Source of the DNA: a bacterium
GTDB lineage: Bacteria > Electryoneota > Electryoneia > Electryoneales > Electryoneaceae
Length of the DNA stretch: 64,000 nucleotides
NCBI GenBank assembly: GCA_963669175.1
Contig: OY769902.1
Coordinates: forward strand, 4,448,001 to 4,512,000
Direction of reading: 5' to 3'
How positions within the stretch are numbered: the stretch's first letter is position 1; each line of letters begins with the position of its first letter. Below are positions 11,901 to 21,801 of this stretch, piece by piece. Both the position numbers and the translations under genes were made by a program. The notes under the pieces are model-generated. The model searched no databases and was not told the origin of the DNA. It worked only from the letters and a program-made list of their open reading frames with translations.

Positions 11901-12031
11901 ACGGCCAGGTTAAAGCAGGCTACCATCCGTTTAGTTTTAACGCAACGCTGCTTTCCAGCGGTACCTATTTCGTCACCGCCACCATGACCGGCGAGAAGGT
12001 GCAGGTGCAGAAAGTTGTATTGTTGAGGTAA
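8999..12031 (+). CDS. Secreted FG-GAP repeat / FN3-like protein with T9SS CTD
   Basis: About seven DxDGDGDxD repeats, DPD...YYWRV.A.D modules and a YPNPFN CTD. ATG at 8999 preferred as start. Confidence 0.9.
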   Translation: MRYLGSIFGTTTILFFALIGDSFATIQWQEHMLNSNFPTAERGYGFDLDQDGDNDIIVAAGVTTNSISWFENTSENGNFSFSHHNIITNLDGACAADVADLDGDGDLDVIGTGSEASGTFKWAENDGSESFTIHSVNHTTFGCSDICARDMDGDGDIDIVGSSLTDNAIYWFENDGAANFTPHTVTSGYSYSQSACALDMDGDGDMDILGSAANLNTISWFENDGSQNFTEHEVSGSFSGASEAMGIDVDGDGDMDVVGSASEASAFAWFENDGSENFTQHTLGTGLFAPDHVHAGDINHDTFIDVVGPSQHHLRWWANDGAETFTPITMDFTAEFVHICDIDGNGYNDLLAGLTAEYGQIAWFQNLSNAPNGFAFSHPDSAHTIHCDTLTLSWEIATDPDEDELSYIVQWSEQTNFHSLSADTVPDNFVALDSLQDDTTYYWRVTALDTNGAVTAGQDGGYWSFSVDIYQPPAPFTLIGPEETDTCWTLDTLFTWQRTFDPDPYDSWVHYDVWLDTLADLSTAVLIADSIPDTVCQVLNLLDYRTYYWTVRATDSNTGGTWASDTLSFRTYLPEHPAPFSLVFPHDSSRVNEDTVTVRWLSSSDPDPTDIITYHVEWSIDPAFSAYNSATTTDTFFAITEIAENLATLQNSMNWDLDELADDQTVYWRVWAVDLFELVTWALPGETGWSFQVYIPQRPITFALVAPEDETVMDQLSWQFEWDNTTDPDPGDVVSFQLEVSMSHEFLDSLTAHYTANADTTFFVPWLADDTDYWWRVHALDTNTSGTYSEQVWSFHTAMPERPLPFDLLTPSDGDTLNHELQLAWQMSWDPDPDEDVTYDAVFTVSLDDGSDTTLVFTSLSDTAYTASLTDSLHLEYWEDYLDVEWFVRAISAGDTVESDNVLAFVIEPNSAVPETEFAGIPTDFSIAATYPNPFNSRMTVVMALPEQTELTLEVFNILGERVALLSHGQVKAGYHPFSFNATLLSSGTYFVTATMTGEKVQVQKVVLLR

Positions 12032-12159
12032 ACAGGTTGTGTATTCAATCAACAGGAAATAGCCCGGAAATTTCATGAGTTTTTGATGTTTGTTTGACAT
12101 CTTGTGAAATACATCAGGAATGTTGTGACCATTCTCAATTTTTGATTGTAGCTTTAGGC

Positions 12160-12260
12160 AACCCGCTTCGGGGTTGAAAGAAAGTTGTCACTCTACCCGG
12201 GGTGCGCGCTAAACAGACAGCGCGTACCCCGGGCTAAATTATTGTACTCCTTCGGAGTAC
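12160..12260. repeat. Free-standing REP-like three-hairpin unit with AAACAGAC loop
   Basis: caacccgcttcggggttg, cccggggtgcgcgct-aaacagac-agcgcgtaccccggg and gtactccttcggagtac. Same layout as the right half of the 396-bp MITE cargo. Confidence 0.75.
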
Positions 12261-12265
12261 CTTGT

Positions 12266-12312
12266 TGTTTGGCAGTCAAAGCTGATTGGCAGTCAAGGCT
12301 GTTTGGCAGTCA
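12266..12312. repeat. Three 17-bp-period tandem repeats (tgWttggcagtca core)
   Basis: Cores start at 12266, 12283 and 12300. Confidence 0.8.
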
Positions 12313-12414
12313 GGTAAGCAGAATGTTTGACTAATAGATTGGCTGTCTTCGTTGATTCGACATTGCGTTCGTGAAATATCCGGACTAGTGGATTGATCCA
12401 TGTGAATCGGTCCA

Positions 12415-13579
12415 CTAGTGCCAGTTTAGATCAAGTCTGAGTGTTGAGTCGTTTTTGAAAGTAGTGCGTATAAGGGGTAGGTTAACAAGGAGGTTCTGAT
12501 GTCTACCCCAGTGAAGCTTCGTTCTTTGACAGTCGATGAAGGTCATTCCCTTCAACGGATTCGTGATCGTAGTCCTGATCCCGTAGCCCGTCGCCGTGCG
12601 ATGATTTTGTTGGCGACAGATACCGGCCTGTCCCCTGTGCAGCTTCAGCAGCAACGGATGGGGCATGCCAGTTACATCCGCAAGATCGTTCATGCTTTCA
12701 ATGAACAGGGTCTTTCCTGTGTTGGCAGTCAGTACAAAGGCCAGAAGCCGCTCAAGTTCGATGCTGCTGTCCAGAAGCAGATCGTTGACGTTGTTGTTAC
12801 GCCGCCAGACCATCTCGGCTTACCCTTCGGCCAATGGTCCCTGGAGAAGCTTCGCGATTATCTGGTCGCAGAAGGCATCATCGAATCGATCAGCCTGCCG
12901 CACCTGCGCTGGTTGCTGCACAAGAATAAGATCAGCTATCAGCAGAGTAAGACATGGAAACAGTCTCCGGACCCCGAGTTTGACAGAAAAAAAAACGCAT
13001 CCGACGTCTCTATGACGCGCCGCCGAAGGCAAACCGGCGCGTGATCTGCTTTGACGAGTTCGGGCCGCTGGAGATCCGGCCCCACGCGGGTGCGAGCTGG
13101 CATCCTCACAAGCAACCCGTCCGTCTGCCGGCTACCTATACGCGTACCCATGGCACGCGCTATCTGCTGGCAGCGTATGACATCCACAGTGATCAATTGT
13201 GGGGCTGGCAACGTCCAAACCAGCGGTGGCCAGAGGTGTTGGCGTTCTTCAAAAACATTCGGAAACGTTATCCGTCCACTGTCCGGCTCTACATCATCCT
13301 CGACAACCGTGGCTCGCATAAAAAAGCAGAAATCAGACAATGGGCCAAACGAAACCGGGTCACGCTGGTCTTCACGCCGACCTATGCATCATGGCTGAAC
13401 CGCATCGAAGCTCACTTCGCCGCATTGAAAAAATTCGCGCTACGAGGACGAACCTTCATGGACCATCAAGAACAGGGCCAAGCTATCCAGGCTTATCTGC
13501 GATACCGAAACAAACACAAGCTGAAAGGTCAGTCAGACCATCGCGATAAACGAGTTAACTTGATCTAAAATGGCACTAG
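12415..13579 (+). mobile_element. IS630-family insertion sequence, copy 1
   Basis: Inverted ends ctagtgccagtttagatcaagt / acttgatctaaaatggcactag, inserted at a CTAG/TA site; 1165 bp including both CTAG. Confidence 0.95.
12499..13568 (+). CDS. IS630 transposase (HTH ORF + DDE ORF joined by a -1 frameshift at an A9 run)
   Basis: ORFs 12499-13044 and 13041-13568. Slip site gacagAAAAAAAAAcgc near 12986-12994 gives FDRKK-RIRRLY...VICFDE. DDE motifs CFDE, ILDN and WLNRIE. Confidence 0.9.
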
Positions 13580-14802
13580 CTGTTAATGAGCTTTTTAACA
13601 AACCAGATAAACACACCGGTCAAGAGAAGGTTAAATGCCAGGGATAAAATGGCTACAGTCAGCACTGGGCCACCGATGCCATAACTGATGCTTAAAACCA
13701 GCACGCCAGCGCCAACTTCGCCACGTGGCCACATCCCGATGGACACCGCCAATCGTTCCCTGAGTGTTGCTTCTGTTCTGTACATGAAAACAGGAAACAT
13801 TTTGCCAAGGTTGGATACAATCGTAACCATTAGAACATGAAAAAGAATTGTCCCCCAACCCGGCATCGGTTGTGAGCCTAAAACGCTTGTCGCGGATTCG
13901 ACCATACTTTTCGCCATATCGACTGGCGCAGAGTTAATAATCGAGGGCATGCTCAACCCTACCAGCCCCATAAAAATCGCTGAGATGATCGTAGATACCT
14001 TCTGCTCTTCAGGGCTTTCCGGTCCTTCCTGATGCCCTTCACGACTGTCGTCTGAATGTGGATCAGCCCCCTGGGGATGCTTGATGATAGTACCAAGCAC
14101 AAATGCCGGCAGCAACACCTCAATGTGAATGGGGACAGAATCATCAATGAAAATGCTGAACTTGTAAAGTATCTCACTGACTGCTACGATGACCGCAGAA
14201 TACAGCAACACCCATCTCCAGGAACTTTTGAGATTGATTTTGTGCATCCATTGCCAGGCAATCCAGAGTAAAATTGCCATAATGAAGACGATGATTCCCA
14301 ACTGCCACGCCAATCCGACCATCATGATTTTTAACGGTATCATCAAGAGAACAGTATCCAGATCGTCGAATATTGCCAGGATACGGGCTTTCTTAAATAA
14401 CCAGGTGGCGGACAAACCGGCAGCGGCAAGCATTGAAAACAGGACACCCGCGGAAGTAGGTGCAGCGAAACGCCCGGCCAGCAAAGTCTCCTTCCATGCC
14501 TGCCAGTTGCCAGCCATATCGGACGGCAGCATGAAAAACAGGAAGTACATGGTCACAAATATCCAGGGAAAAGCCGCGGCAGTCATTGCAACCAGGTAGT
14601 CAACCCCGTATTGCTTCAGGTTGCCTTTGTCAATCTCAAATTCATACCCGACATGTATCATGATGAAGGAAAGAGCCACCATCATCAAAACACGGATAAG
14701 GAATGAGATATTTGCAAAACTCTCACCCAGTAATTCCGGTAAGAATTGTGATCCGATCAACCCGAAAATCAAAATCAGCGAGAACAACAAAACTTTCTTC
14801 AT
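13576..14802 (-). CDS. Cation:proton (Na+/H+) antiporter
   Basis: Multi-TM protein with APTSAG, LAIFDDLD and PRGEVG motifs. Confidence 0.85.
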   Translation of the reverse strand: MKKVLLFSLILIFGLIGSQFLPELLGESFANISFLIRVLMMVALSFIMIHVGYEFEIDKGNLKQYGVDYLVAMTAAAFPWIFVTMYFLFFMLPSDMAGNWQAWKETLLAGRFAAPTSAGVLFSMLAAAGLSATWLFKKARILAIFDDLDTVLLMIPLKIMMVGLAWQLGIIVFIMAILLWIAWQWMHKINLKSSWRWVLLYSAVIVAVSEILYKFSIFIDDSVPIHIEVLLPAFVLGTIIKHPQGADPHSDDSREGHQEGPESPEEQKVSTIISAIFMGLVGLSMPSIINSAPVDMAKSMVESATSVLGSQPMPGWGTILFHVLMVTIVSNLGKMFPVFMYRTEATLRERLAVSIGMWPRGEVGAGVLVLSISYGIGGPVLTVAILSLAFNLLLTGVFIWFVKKLINS

Positions 14803-15238
14803 GATTACCCTCACGCTTGAGCTGTAACACTGTTATTCCAACCGTTTCAAGAAACCGTGCCGCCTGGAATATCCATAGTCCGTCAGACAAATCCGAATTC
14901 TAGAAGTACGAACAAGTTCACCTGCCAAATTTAGAACCAGTTTTCAGTCGATTGACTCAAAGTGCGTTGCAGGAGCAATTCCTGGGAAAAGTGTACTTCT
15001 TCGTAAAAGTATACAGCATACAAAAAGTTAATAGCAACTAACAATATTCTCTCATTCGGGAGTCGAGAGAAGCAATGATTACTTCTTATATTTATAATAA
15101 TCAAGTGGTAATGAGATAGTTTCTGAGGATTAAGAGGTTTGAGTATCGCTTATTGGTGCAGGCGAGGACGCCTTCCAGAAAAACTGTTGTGATGTATCCA
15201 ACAACAGGCGGAAGTCATGAAAGAAGCCGGTATATGTT

Positions 15239-15490
15239 TCAGAGCAGCAGCCAGGGAAATTCTGCATCTTCCAACAGAACAGTATATTCATCAACACGTT
15301 TCACATGTTCCTTTTGAGCATGGAAGGCAGCAGTCTTGGTATTTGTGAAGCGTGCGCGCAACGTAAATGGCGGTTTCGGTGTAGACGGTTGGATAGTGCT
15401 GATTTTCTTTACCGCGCGTTTGGCCGTAGCCCGTATCAATTCATTGGCTTTCTACGGTTACAGATAAATCGCCGCAGCTTCAGTCAGGGT
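15239..15490 (-). pseudogene. Possible C-terminal fragment of an M55 (DppA-like) peptidase
   Basis: IRATAKRAV...PKPPFTL...RVDEYTV resembles the M55 C-terminus from memory; no N-terminal part present. Confidence 0.3.
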
Positions 15491-15494
15491 GTTC

Positions 15495-18143
15495 TTATTC
15501 TTCATCCACAAGCACTTTATGGATCATGGAAGTCAAAGCTTTCAGATCAAATGGCTTCTGGATAAAATGAACTCCCTGATCCAGAACACCATGATGCGCG
15601 ATAACATCGGCAGTGTACCCGGACATGAACAGGCACTTGATATCGGGATGGATTGACAAAAGGGTTTGTGAAAGCTCACGCCCGTTCATCTTCGGCATCA
15701 CCACATCAGTGATAAGAAGGTCAATCCGACTTTTATGTTCTCGAGCCAGGCTGATTGCCTCATCGGGATTCTTCGCCGCAAATACTGTATAGCCCAGGCT
15801 TTCAAGCATCTCCGTTACCATTGTCAGAATGGATTCTTCATCTTCCACCAGCAAAACAGTTTCTTCTCCTGATCTTGCAACAACCTGCGACTCTTTGGAT
15901 CGCGGCACTGATCTGGCGGCATGGCGTGGTAGAAAGATTTTAAAAGCTGTGCCATGATCCAGTTCACTGTAAACATTGATAAATCCATTATTCTGTTTTA
16001 CAACACCATAGACTGTAGACAGCCCGAGACCAGTCCCTTTACCCATCTCCTTTGTAGTAAAGAAAGGTTCGAATATCTGGGTGAGCGTTTCAGCATCCAT
16101 CCCCGAACCATCATCACTTATGGTAAGCTGAATGTATTCGCCGGGAATATAGTCTGCATGTTGCGTACAGTATTCATCGTCGAAAACAGCGTTAGCGGTT
16201 TCTATGGTTACACGTCCTACACGGTTGCCGATAGCGTCCCTGGCGTTGATGCAAAGGTTGGCCAGAATCTGGTCAATTTGCGAAGGATCCATATTGATCA
16301 AACCGAGGTTTTTGCCGGGAAGCCATGCCAGGTCTATATCCTCGCCGATGAGTCGGCGCAACATCTTGAGCATTCCCGCAACCGTTTCGTTCAGATTGAG
16401 CACTTTCGGGGCGATGGTTTGTTTTCGGGCGAAAGCCAGGAGCTGACGTGTCAGATCAGCGGAATGCTGGGCATACTTCTGGATTTCCTGGAGTGATGTC
16501 CGCACCGGGCTTTCCGATTCAGTTTTCATCAATGCGATCTCGGTATTCCCCAGGATCGCCTGAAGCATATTGTTGAAATCGTGCGCCACCCCGCCTGCCA
16601 ACCGTCCTATCGATTCGATCTTCTGCGATTGAACCAATTGCAACTGAAGCATTTCCTTCTCTGCTTCAGCCTGTTTCCGTTCAGTGATATCAATCCCTAC
16701 TCCCATTAATAACGGACCTTCTGGCGTCATAAGACGATTCATACTAATAAGATAAGGAATATGCTCACCTTTCTTATTCACTAAAGTGGTTTCAAACGCT
16801 CCGCCAATCCCTGTTTTGAGCAACTCCTTGGCTGCCACCAATCCCTTTTCAGCGTCCTCTGGTGATTCATGCCAATCCGGGATATACCAATCGGAAAGCT
16901 CATCGGCACTGAATCCCAGTGCGGTTTCATGGGCTTTATTCCAGCGCTTCAGATGGCAGGTTTGATCATAGAGGAAAAAGACTCCGGGCAGACTTTCCAA
17001 CAGCTTTTCAGTGAATTGCTTCTCTCGCAACAACTCGTTTTCTGCTTTTTTTCGCTCGGTAATGTCCTGTAGCGTGAACTGAAGAAGATGACGTTCCTGT
17101 GTCTTAAAGCTCATCAAATGCACTTCTGCATCCCAAAGCTCACCATCAGCACGTTGATGACGCCACTCGAAAACAACTTTCCCTTCTTTTAGTGCTTTGT
17201 TATTATAATAGGTAGATTTTTCTACAGAGGATGTGCCATCGTACTGTATGGGGGCAGAAAAGTCGAGTGGTGTCTTGCCGATAACCTCTGATCTTGACTG
17301 GAAACGATAAATTTCAACGGCGGCCGGGTTACAATCGATAAACTTGAATGTCGTAGCATCCATGACAACAATAGCAATACGAGAGCCATCAAAGACTCTC
17401 TGGCGAAATTCTTTTTCCAGTTGAAGCGCTGCCTCCATTTTTTTCCTGTCGGTGACGTCTCGCGCAGCAGCATAGATGAGATTCCCATTAGGGATGGATC
17501 GCCACTCAATCCAGCGATAGGAACCATCTTTGCACAAATAGCGATTTGTAAAATTCAAGATTTCCTTTTGAGATTTGAGTTCGTCAACAGCTTTAAGTGT
17601 AGCGTCTAAATCCTCAGGATGAACCAAATCGAAGAATTTCTTGCCTTCCAGGTCTTCCAACCGATACCCAAGCGCTCTTTCCCATTCTCTGTTCAATTGC
17701 AGGAAATGGCCCTCTGTATCCGCAATACATAACAGGTCAAGCGCAGTAAGGAAAAACCTCTCCAATTCCCCATCTTCATTTGGAAATCCTGGCTCGTTCT
17801 GCTTGTGACGGGCATATGGCGCTTTGCGCTTTTTGTCCAGCTTCTTTTCCAAATCCAGTTTGTCCAGCACCATCGCAAGCATTTGCACAGCGTTATTCAA
17901 CTCAGCCAGATCCGGCTCTGTCACTTGAATGCCAGTCGTTTGAGCTATATATCCATAAGTTGAATTTTTATTTGAAATCGGAATAATCGTTTTGCTCTGA
18001 CCTGGTTGGTTTTCTGCATGAATAAAAGTATTGGGCGCGAACAACCGGTTGAGACTTTCCACGAACAAAGCCATGGCCTCAGACCTGTCTCGTAGCTGTG
18101 ACAGATCGCGTAGAAGCTGTAAAAGTCCGCTGGCTTTGTTCAT
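15495..18143 (-). CDS. Cytoplasmic hybrid histidine kinase (three PAS, HisKA, HATPase, receiver)
   Basis: GRLAGGVAHDFNN, NLCINARDA, FEPFFTTK, GTGLGL and a C-terminal LLVEDE...TDVVMP...QKPF receiver. Confidence 0.95.
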   Translation of the reverse strand: MNKASGLLQLLRDLSQLRDRSEAMALFVESLNRLFAPNTFIHAENQPGQSKTIIPISNKNSTYGYIAQTTGIQVTEPDLAELNNAVQMLAMVLDKLDLEKKLDKKRKAPYARHKQNEPGFPNEDGELERFFLTALDLLCIADTEGHFLQLNREWERALGYRLEDLEGKKFFDLVHPEDLDATLKAVDELKSQKEILNFTNRYLCKDGSYRWIEWRSIPNGNLIYAAARDVTDRKKMEAALQLEKEFRQRVFDGSRIAIVVMDATTFKFIDCNPAAVEIYRFQSRSEVIGKTPLDFSAPIQYDGTSSVEKSTYYNNKALKEGKVVFEWRHQRADGELWDAEVHLMSFKTQERHLLQFTLQDITERKKAENELLREKQFTEKLLESLPGVFFLYDQTCHLKRWNKAHETALGFSADELSDWYIPDWHESPEDAEKGLVAAKELLKTGIGGAFETTLVNKKGEHIPYLISMNRLMTPEGPLLMGVGIDITERKQAEAEKEMLQLQLVQSQKIESIGRLAGGVAHDFNNMLQAILGNTEIALMKTESESPVRTSLQEIQKYAQHSADLTRQLLAFARKQTIAPKVLNLNETVAGMLKMLRRLIGEDIDLAWLPGKNLGLINMDPSQIDQILANLCINARDAIGNRVGRVTIETANAVFDDEYCTQHADYIPGEYIQLTISDDGSGMDAETLTQIFEPFFTTKEMGKGTGLGLSTVYGVVKQNNGFINVYSELDHGTAFKIFLPRHAARSVPRSKESQVVARSGEETVLLVEDEESILTMVTEMLESLGYTVFAAKNPDEAISLAREHKSRIDLLITDVVMPKMNGRELSQTLLSIHPDIKCLFMSGYTADVIAHHGVLDQGVHFIQKPFDLKALTSMIHKVLVDEE

Positions 18144-18827
18144 CAGCCCTCCTTTTGTCCCGACAAACCTGGATTGCTTTTGTTCCGTATTGAATGGAAA
18201 GAAATCCCATGCAGGCTTATTACACCGAGAAACCCGTCTGCAGGCTGTGATTAGCAGTCAGCAGCCGCTATAATATGTCCTGATTGGTCATGTTCAGGAA
18301 TAATTTCAGGTAGCAGTGCAGGAATGAGTAATAACACTCTTTTTGAGGTAGGCGAAACAAAATCAGTGTCTGCTGCGAAAAAACGACGTCAATAAACCCA
18401 ATAACAAATCAATGCAACGCTCCCAAATCCCAACAGCAAAGTGCAGTTTTTTCCACCAAAAAATCCTGCTTGTTCGCCGGTATTGGATATTTCTACGATT
18501 TTTCAACTGACGAATGTTGCTCACATTGAAAAGTTATCCCGTAGTAACTCCGAACGCAATAGAATAATTTTCTAGAACATGGCCCCCATGTTCATTCACA
18601 GATCGATCCGTACGAGAACTTCAGGAAAAGAAACGTCCTGGCGCTTCATCATCGAATTGGTTCTGTCCAAGTGGAACAATCCTCCTTTTACCTCGTACAC
18701 ATACTTGAGGCAGTATCGAGTCAAACCTGTGACTTGTTTTTCATTTGTGGCTTGGCAGGAACATTTATATACTTTGTGGTATTCTACTCTACTATTCGAT
18801 TTTTTAAAGGAACTGCAAGGATACATG

Positions 18828-19331
18828 ATGGTAGACATGCTGAGGCAACTGGTGGCGCTGGTGTTGGTAGTCGCGATGGCGACGGCCCCAGGTGTGTTAG
18901 CTACGTCCAGTCATGTAGATATGCCGGGAATCTCGTCCGAATCTGCAGTGGAAACGGTATCCTCTCCATCAGGTGCGAGTGCATCATGCTGTGCCGCATC
19001 AGGTAATCTTGACATGCCCTGCGGCTGCTGTAGCCATCCTCCGAGTTCAGGGGAAAACGACACTGAAGCTGGAAATTTCTGTCATAGTACGCATGATGGT
19101 CGCAACGAAACCGATCATCCCTGTTGTGGGTCTGATGAAGATAATGCCTGTGATTGCTCTCAGTGCGCCAGTGTGCAGGTTGTCGCGCAATCGCTGGGTA
19201 TTCTCTCTTCGAATAGTATCTTAATCACAACTCACGGTTCTGATAGAATTCACGCGGATGATAACAGCGATTGTCCGCTTCTGGCGCATCAGCGTAACCC
19301 GTATCGCCCTCCAATATTCCCTCTGTCGTAG
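18828..19331 (+). CDS. Cys/His-rich exported leader protein ending in RPP (DUF2946/CruR-like)
   Basis: Hydrophobic N-terminus, CC and CxxC clusters, C-terminal YRPPIFPLS, directly upstream of a TonB receptor. Start could be 18825, 18828 or 18837. Confidence 0.7.
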   Translation: MVDMLRQLVALVLVVAMATAPGVLATSSHVDMPGISSESAVETVSSPSGASASCCAASGNLDMPCGCCSHPPSSGENDTEAGNFCHSTHDGRNETDHPCCGSDEDNACDCSQCASVQVVAQSLGILSSNSILITTHGSDRIHADDNSDCPLLAHQRNPYRPPIFPLS

Positions 19332-19499
19332 TACTGTTCTACAACTCTGTCCCGATCTGAACGAAACATGCGCACGGCCAGCCACACCTGGTCGTCAGGT
19401 CACACGCACGAAATACGATGCGTAAGACCTGACGAAACTGAAATGCGCACTCACGTTCAGAAAAAGACAGAAACCCTACTGATTACGACAGATAGAGGG
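19319..19499 (+). promoter_or_regulatory. Long nested RNA hairpin sequestering the TonB receptor RBS
   Basis: Six nested complementary segments (listed in findings); the outermost pairs the leader stop region with the GAGGG region at 19484-19499. Confidence 0.75.
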
Positions 19500-19503
19500 C
19501 CCC

Positions 19504-21741
19504 ATGTACCATAGAAGGATATACAAGATACTTACACGTATCACAGCTATAATGGCCTTTTCGGCATTGCTTGCTGTGATACCCTTGTCCGTGATTGCTG
19601 CGGAAATAACCGGCATCGTAGTTGATGAGGATGGCTACGGTTTGGCTGGAGTGAATGTGATTGCTGTCGGCCTGGACCGTGGCGCGGCTACAGATCTGGA
19701 GGGCAACTTTTCAATTCCAAACCTGCCTGAGCGTTTGGTCACGCTTCGTGCATCCATGCTCGGCTTTAAAACCTCCGACTTGGAAGTTGATCTGGCTTCT
19801 GGTACAACAGCCACAGTTCGGATCACCCTTCCGGTTGATGCTATCGCGCTTCAGGAACTTACGTTCGAAATCGAGCGCGAACATTCCAATGTGGGCCATG
19901 ACGGCGCAGAACGTCTGGAAGTTCTGACGACAGAAGACCTTGAGACCCGTTCAAGTGATGGCGGTCTGCTATCTGCCCTTTCTGGTGGCAGCGGTCTGGA
20001 CACAAAACCCTGTGCGCTATGTGGAGCGGCGGGGATTGGGATGCAGGGACTTGATCCGAGTTATACGGAAATCACGGTTGATGGCCTGCCGGTGTTATCC
20101 GGCCTGGGCGCTTTGTACGGGCTCGATGGAATCGCTGTCTCTGACCTAAAGCAGGTAGAAGTTAGTAAAGGCAGCAGCCGTGGTGAAGGCGGAGCGGCAG
20201 CGATGGGTGGCGCTGTAAACCTTGTCACCTCCACAACAACCATGGACATGACAAACCTGCCAACGGGAAGTGTGTCACTGATGGGAGGTGAAACAGGACG
20301 GCATCGCGCCAGTGGTGAGATAAGCTTTGACGCCGCAGGAGCACCGTTACGTTTATCCGGTTCATACGCTTCCGAGCCGAGGAAGTTGGACCGTAACCAC
20401 GACGGCCTTACCGATGCACCGTCTTATGATCGTTTCAACCTTTCCGCGACACAGTCACGTCCCCTCGCAGGCGGAACGATAACCGGGCGCGTGCGTGGCT
20501 ATGCGGAAAACCGTTTTGCCGGAGAAACACGGTGGACGGAAGATGATCGTGGCAGCGCAACTGTGTATGGACGTGATATCAATACCACCCGTCTTGATGC
20601 TGGTGGACGCTTCGCTTCGGGGATGTACCCCTGGGGATCATGGTCCGCTGATGCTGCGTATGCGGCCCATCATCAGGATTCCTATTACGGTAGCACTCGC
20701 TACGATGCACGTCAGACTATCGGCATCGCCCGTTTTTCACTGAACCGTACCTGGAACCACGCTAACTCGACGCTTTTTCGAGGGCAATTCCGCTATGAAG
20801 ACTACCTCGATAACCTGAACCTGGGATCGCCGACGGACCGTATTGATCGTGTTCCGGGCTTGCTTGTGCAGCATCAATGGTCGCCGGTGATACGCTGGAA
20901 TGTCCGTGCCAGTGTGTTGAGCGAACACTATGATAACGGCGATTTCGTAGCCACACCTCGTGCGTCGTTGCTGTATTCGCCCTCCGATCACTGGACCTTC
21001 ATCGGTTCAGCCGGAACCGGTTATCGTACCGTAACCCTGTTCAGCCTAGATAAGGCCGCACACGCAGGCTTTGACAACGTGATCATACCGGCCGGACTTG
21101 AGCCGGAACGATCCGCCGGAGGTTCCCTGACCACGCAATACCAGGTCGCCACTTCCGGACGCGCCTTCCAGATCGACTTGACCGGGTATTATACACGTTT
21201 CGAAAACAAGGTCGTACTGTCGTTCGGTGATGCCCATACGGGCGCTGTTCAGTACGCCAATGCTGCGGACGCGTTCACACGTGGTGGCGAGATGCAAGCA
21301 AGCTTGGCGTTCAACGGTGGCTGGACAATACGTGCCAACGCTGCCTATACCGATGTCCAGTACCAGGATGCCGCAGGCTGGCATCGTGAAGAACTGCGTT
21401 CCCTGTACACTGCCGGACTTGCGGTTCAACATGATTGGGAATTGTACGGCCTGACTGCGGATGTCAAGGCCCATCTTTTCGGTCCCCAGGCGTTGCCGGA
21501 AGATCGTGACCGGAGCCAGTCCCCAACCTTTGTCACGGTTGATGCTGGGATCAAGAAAGCGTTCGGACGGTATTCGATTGGCCTGCAACTGGAAAACCTG
21601 ACAGACTATGTCCAACCTGATCCGGTGGTTGTTTCTGACGCTGTCAGCGGTCAGCGTATCGATGCAGCAATGATTTATGGGCCGCAACTGGGCCGTACCG
21701 CATTGTTGACCCTGTCCGCTGATTTTGGTGATTCGAAGTGA
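19504..21741 (+). CDS. TonB-dependent receptor with CxxC in the plug
   Basis: N-terminal CarboxypepD_reg-like domain, plug PCALCG...ITVDGLP...VEVSKG and beta-barrel C-terminus ENLTD...YGP. Confidence 0.9.
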   Translation: MYHRRIYKILTRITAIMAFSALLAVIPLSVIAAEITGIVVDEDGYGLAGVNVIAVGLDRGAATDLEGNFSIPNLPERLVTLRASMLGFKTSDLEVDLASGTTATVRITLPVDAIALQELTFEIEREHSNVGHDGAERLEVLTTEDLETRSSDGGLLSALSGGSGLDTKPCALCGAAGIGMQGLDPSYTEITVDGLPVLSGLGALYGLDGIAVSDLKQVEVSKGSSRGEGGAAAMGGAVNLVTSTTTMDMTNLPTGSVSLMGGETGRHRASGEISFDAAGAPLRLSGSYASEPRKLDRNHDGLTDAPSYDRFNLSATQSRPLAGGTITGRVRGYAENRFAGETRWTEDDRGSATVYGRDINTTRLDAGGRFASGMYPWGSWSADAAYAAHHQDSYYGSTRYDARQTIGIARFSLNRTWNHANSTLFRGQFRYEDYLDNLNLGSPTDRIDRVPGLLVQHQWSPVIRWNVRASVLSEHYDNGDFVATPRASLLYSPSDHWTFIGSAGTGYRTVTLFSLDKAAHAGFDNVIIPAGLEPERSAGGSLTTQYQVATSGRAFQIDLTGYYTRFENKVVLSFGDAHTGAVQYANAADAFTRGGEMQASLAFNGGWTIRANAAYTDVQYQDAAGWHREELRSLYTAGLAVQHDWELYGLTADVKAHLFGPQALPEDRDRSQSPTFVTVDAGIKKAFGRYSIGLQLENLTDYVQPDPVVVSDAVSGQRIDAAMIYGPQLGRTALLTLSADFGDSK

Positions 21742-21801
21742 TTTAAGTACAAAAGTTAAGGCCGGGTTGATGACCCGGTTGCTAAAACGTGAGGAAATAC
21801 G

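Noticed and set aside
12986-12994. IS630 transposase as a frameshifted pseudogene
   Set aside because: The same A9 run is in both copies, and split IS630 transposases with programmed slippage are well known.
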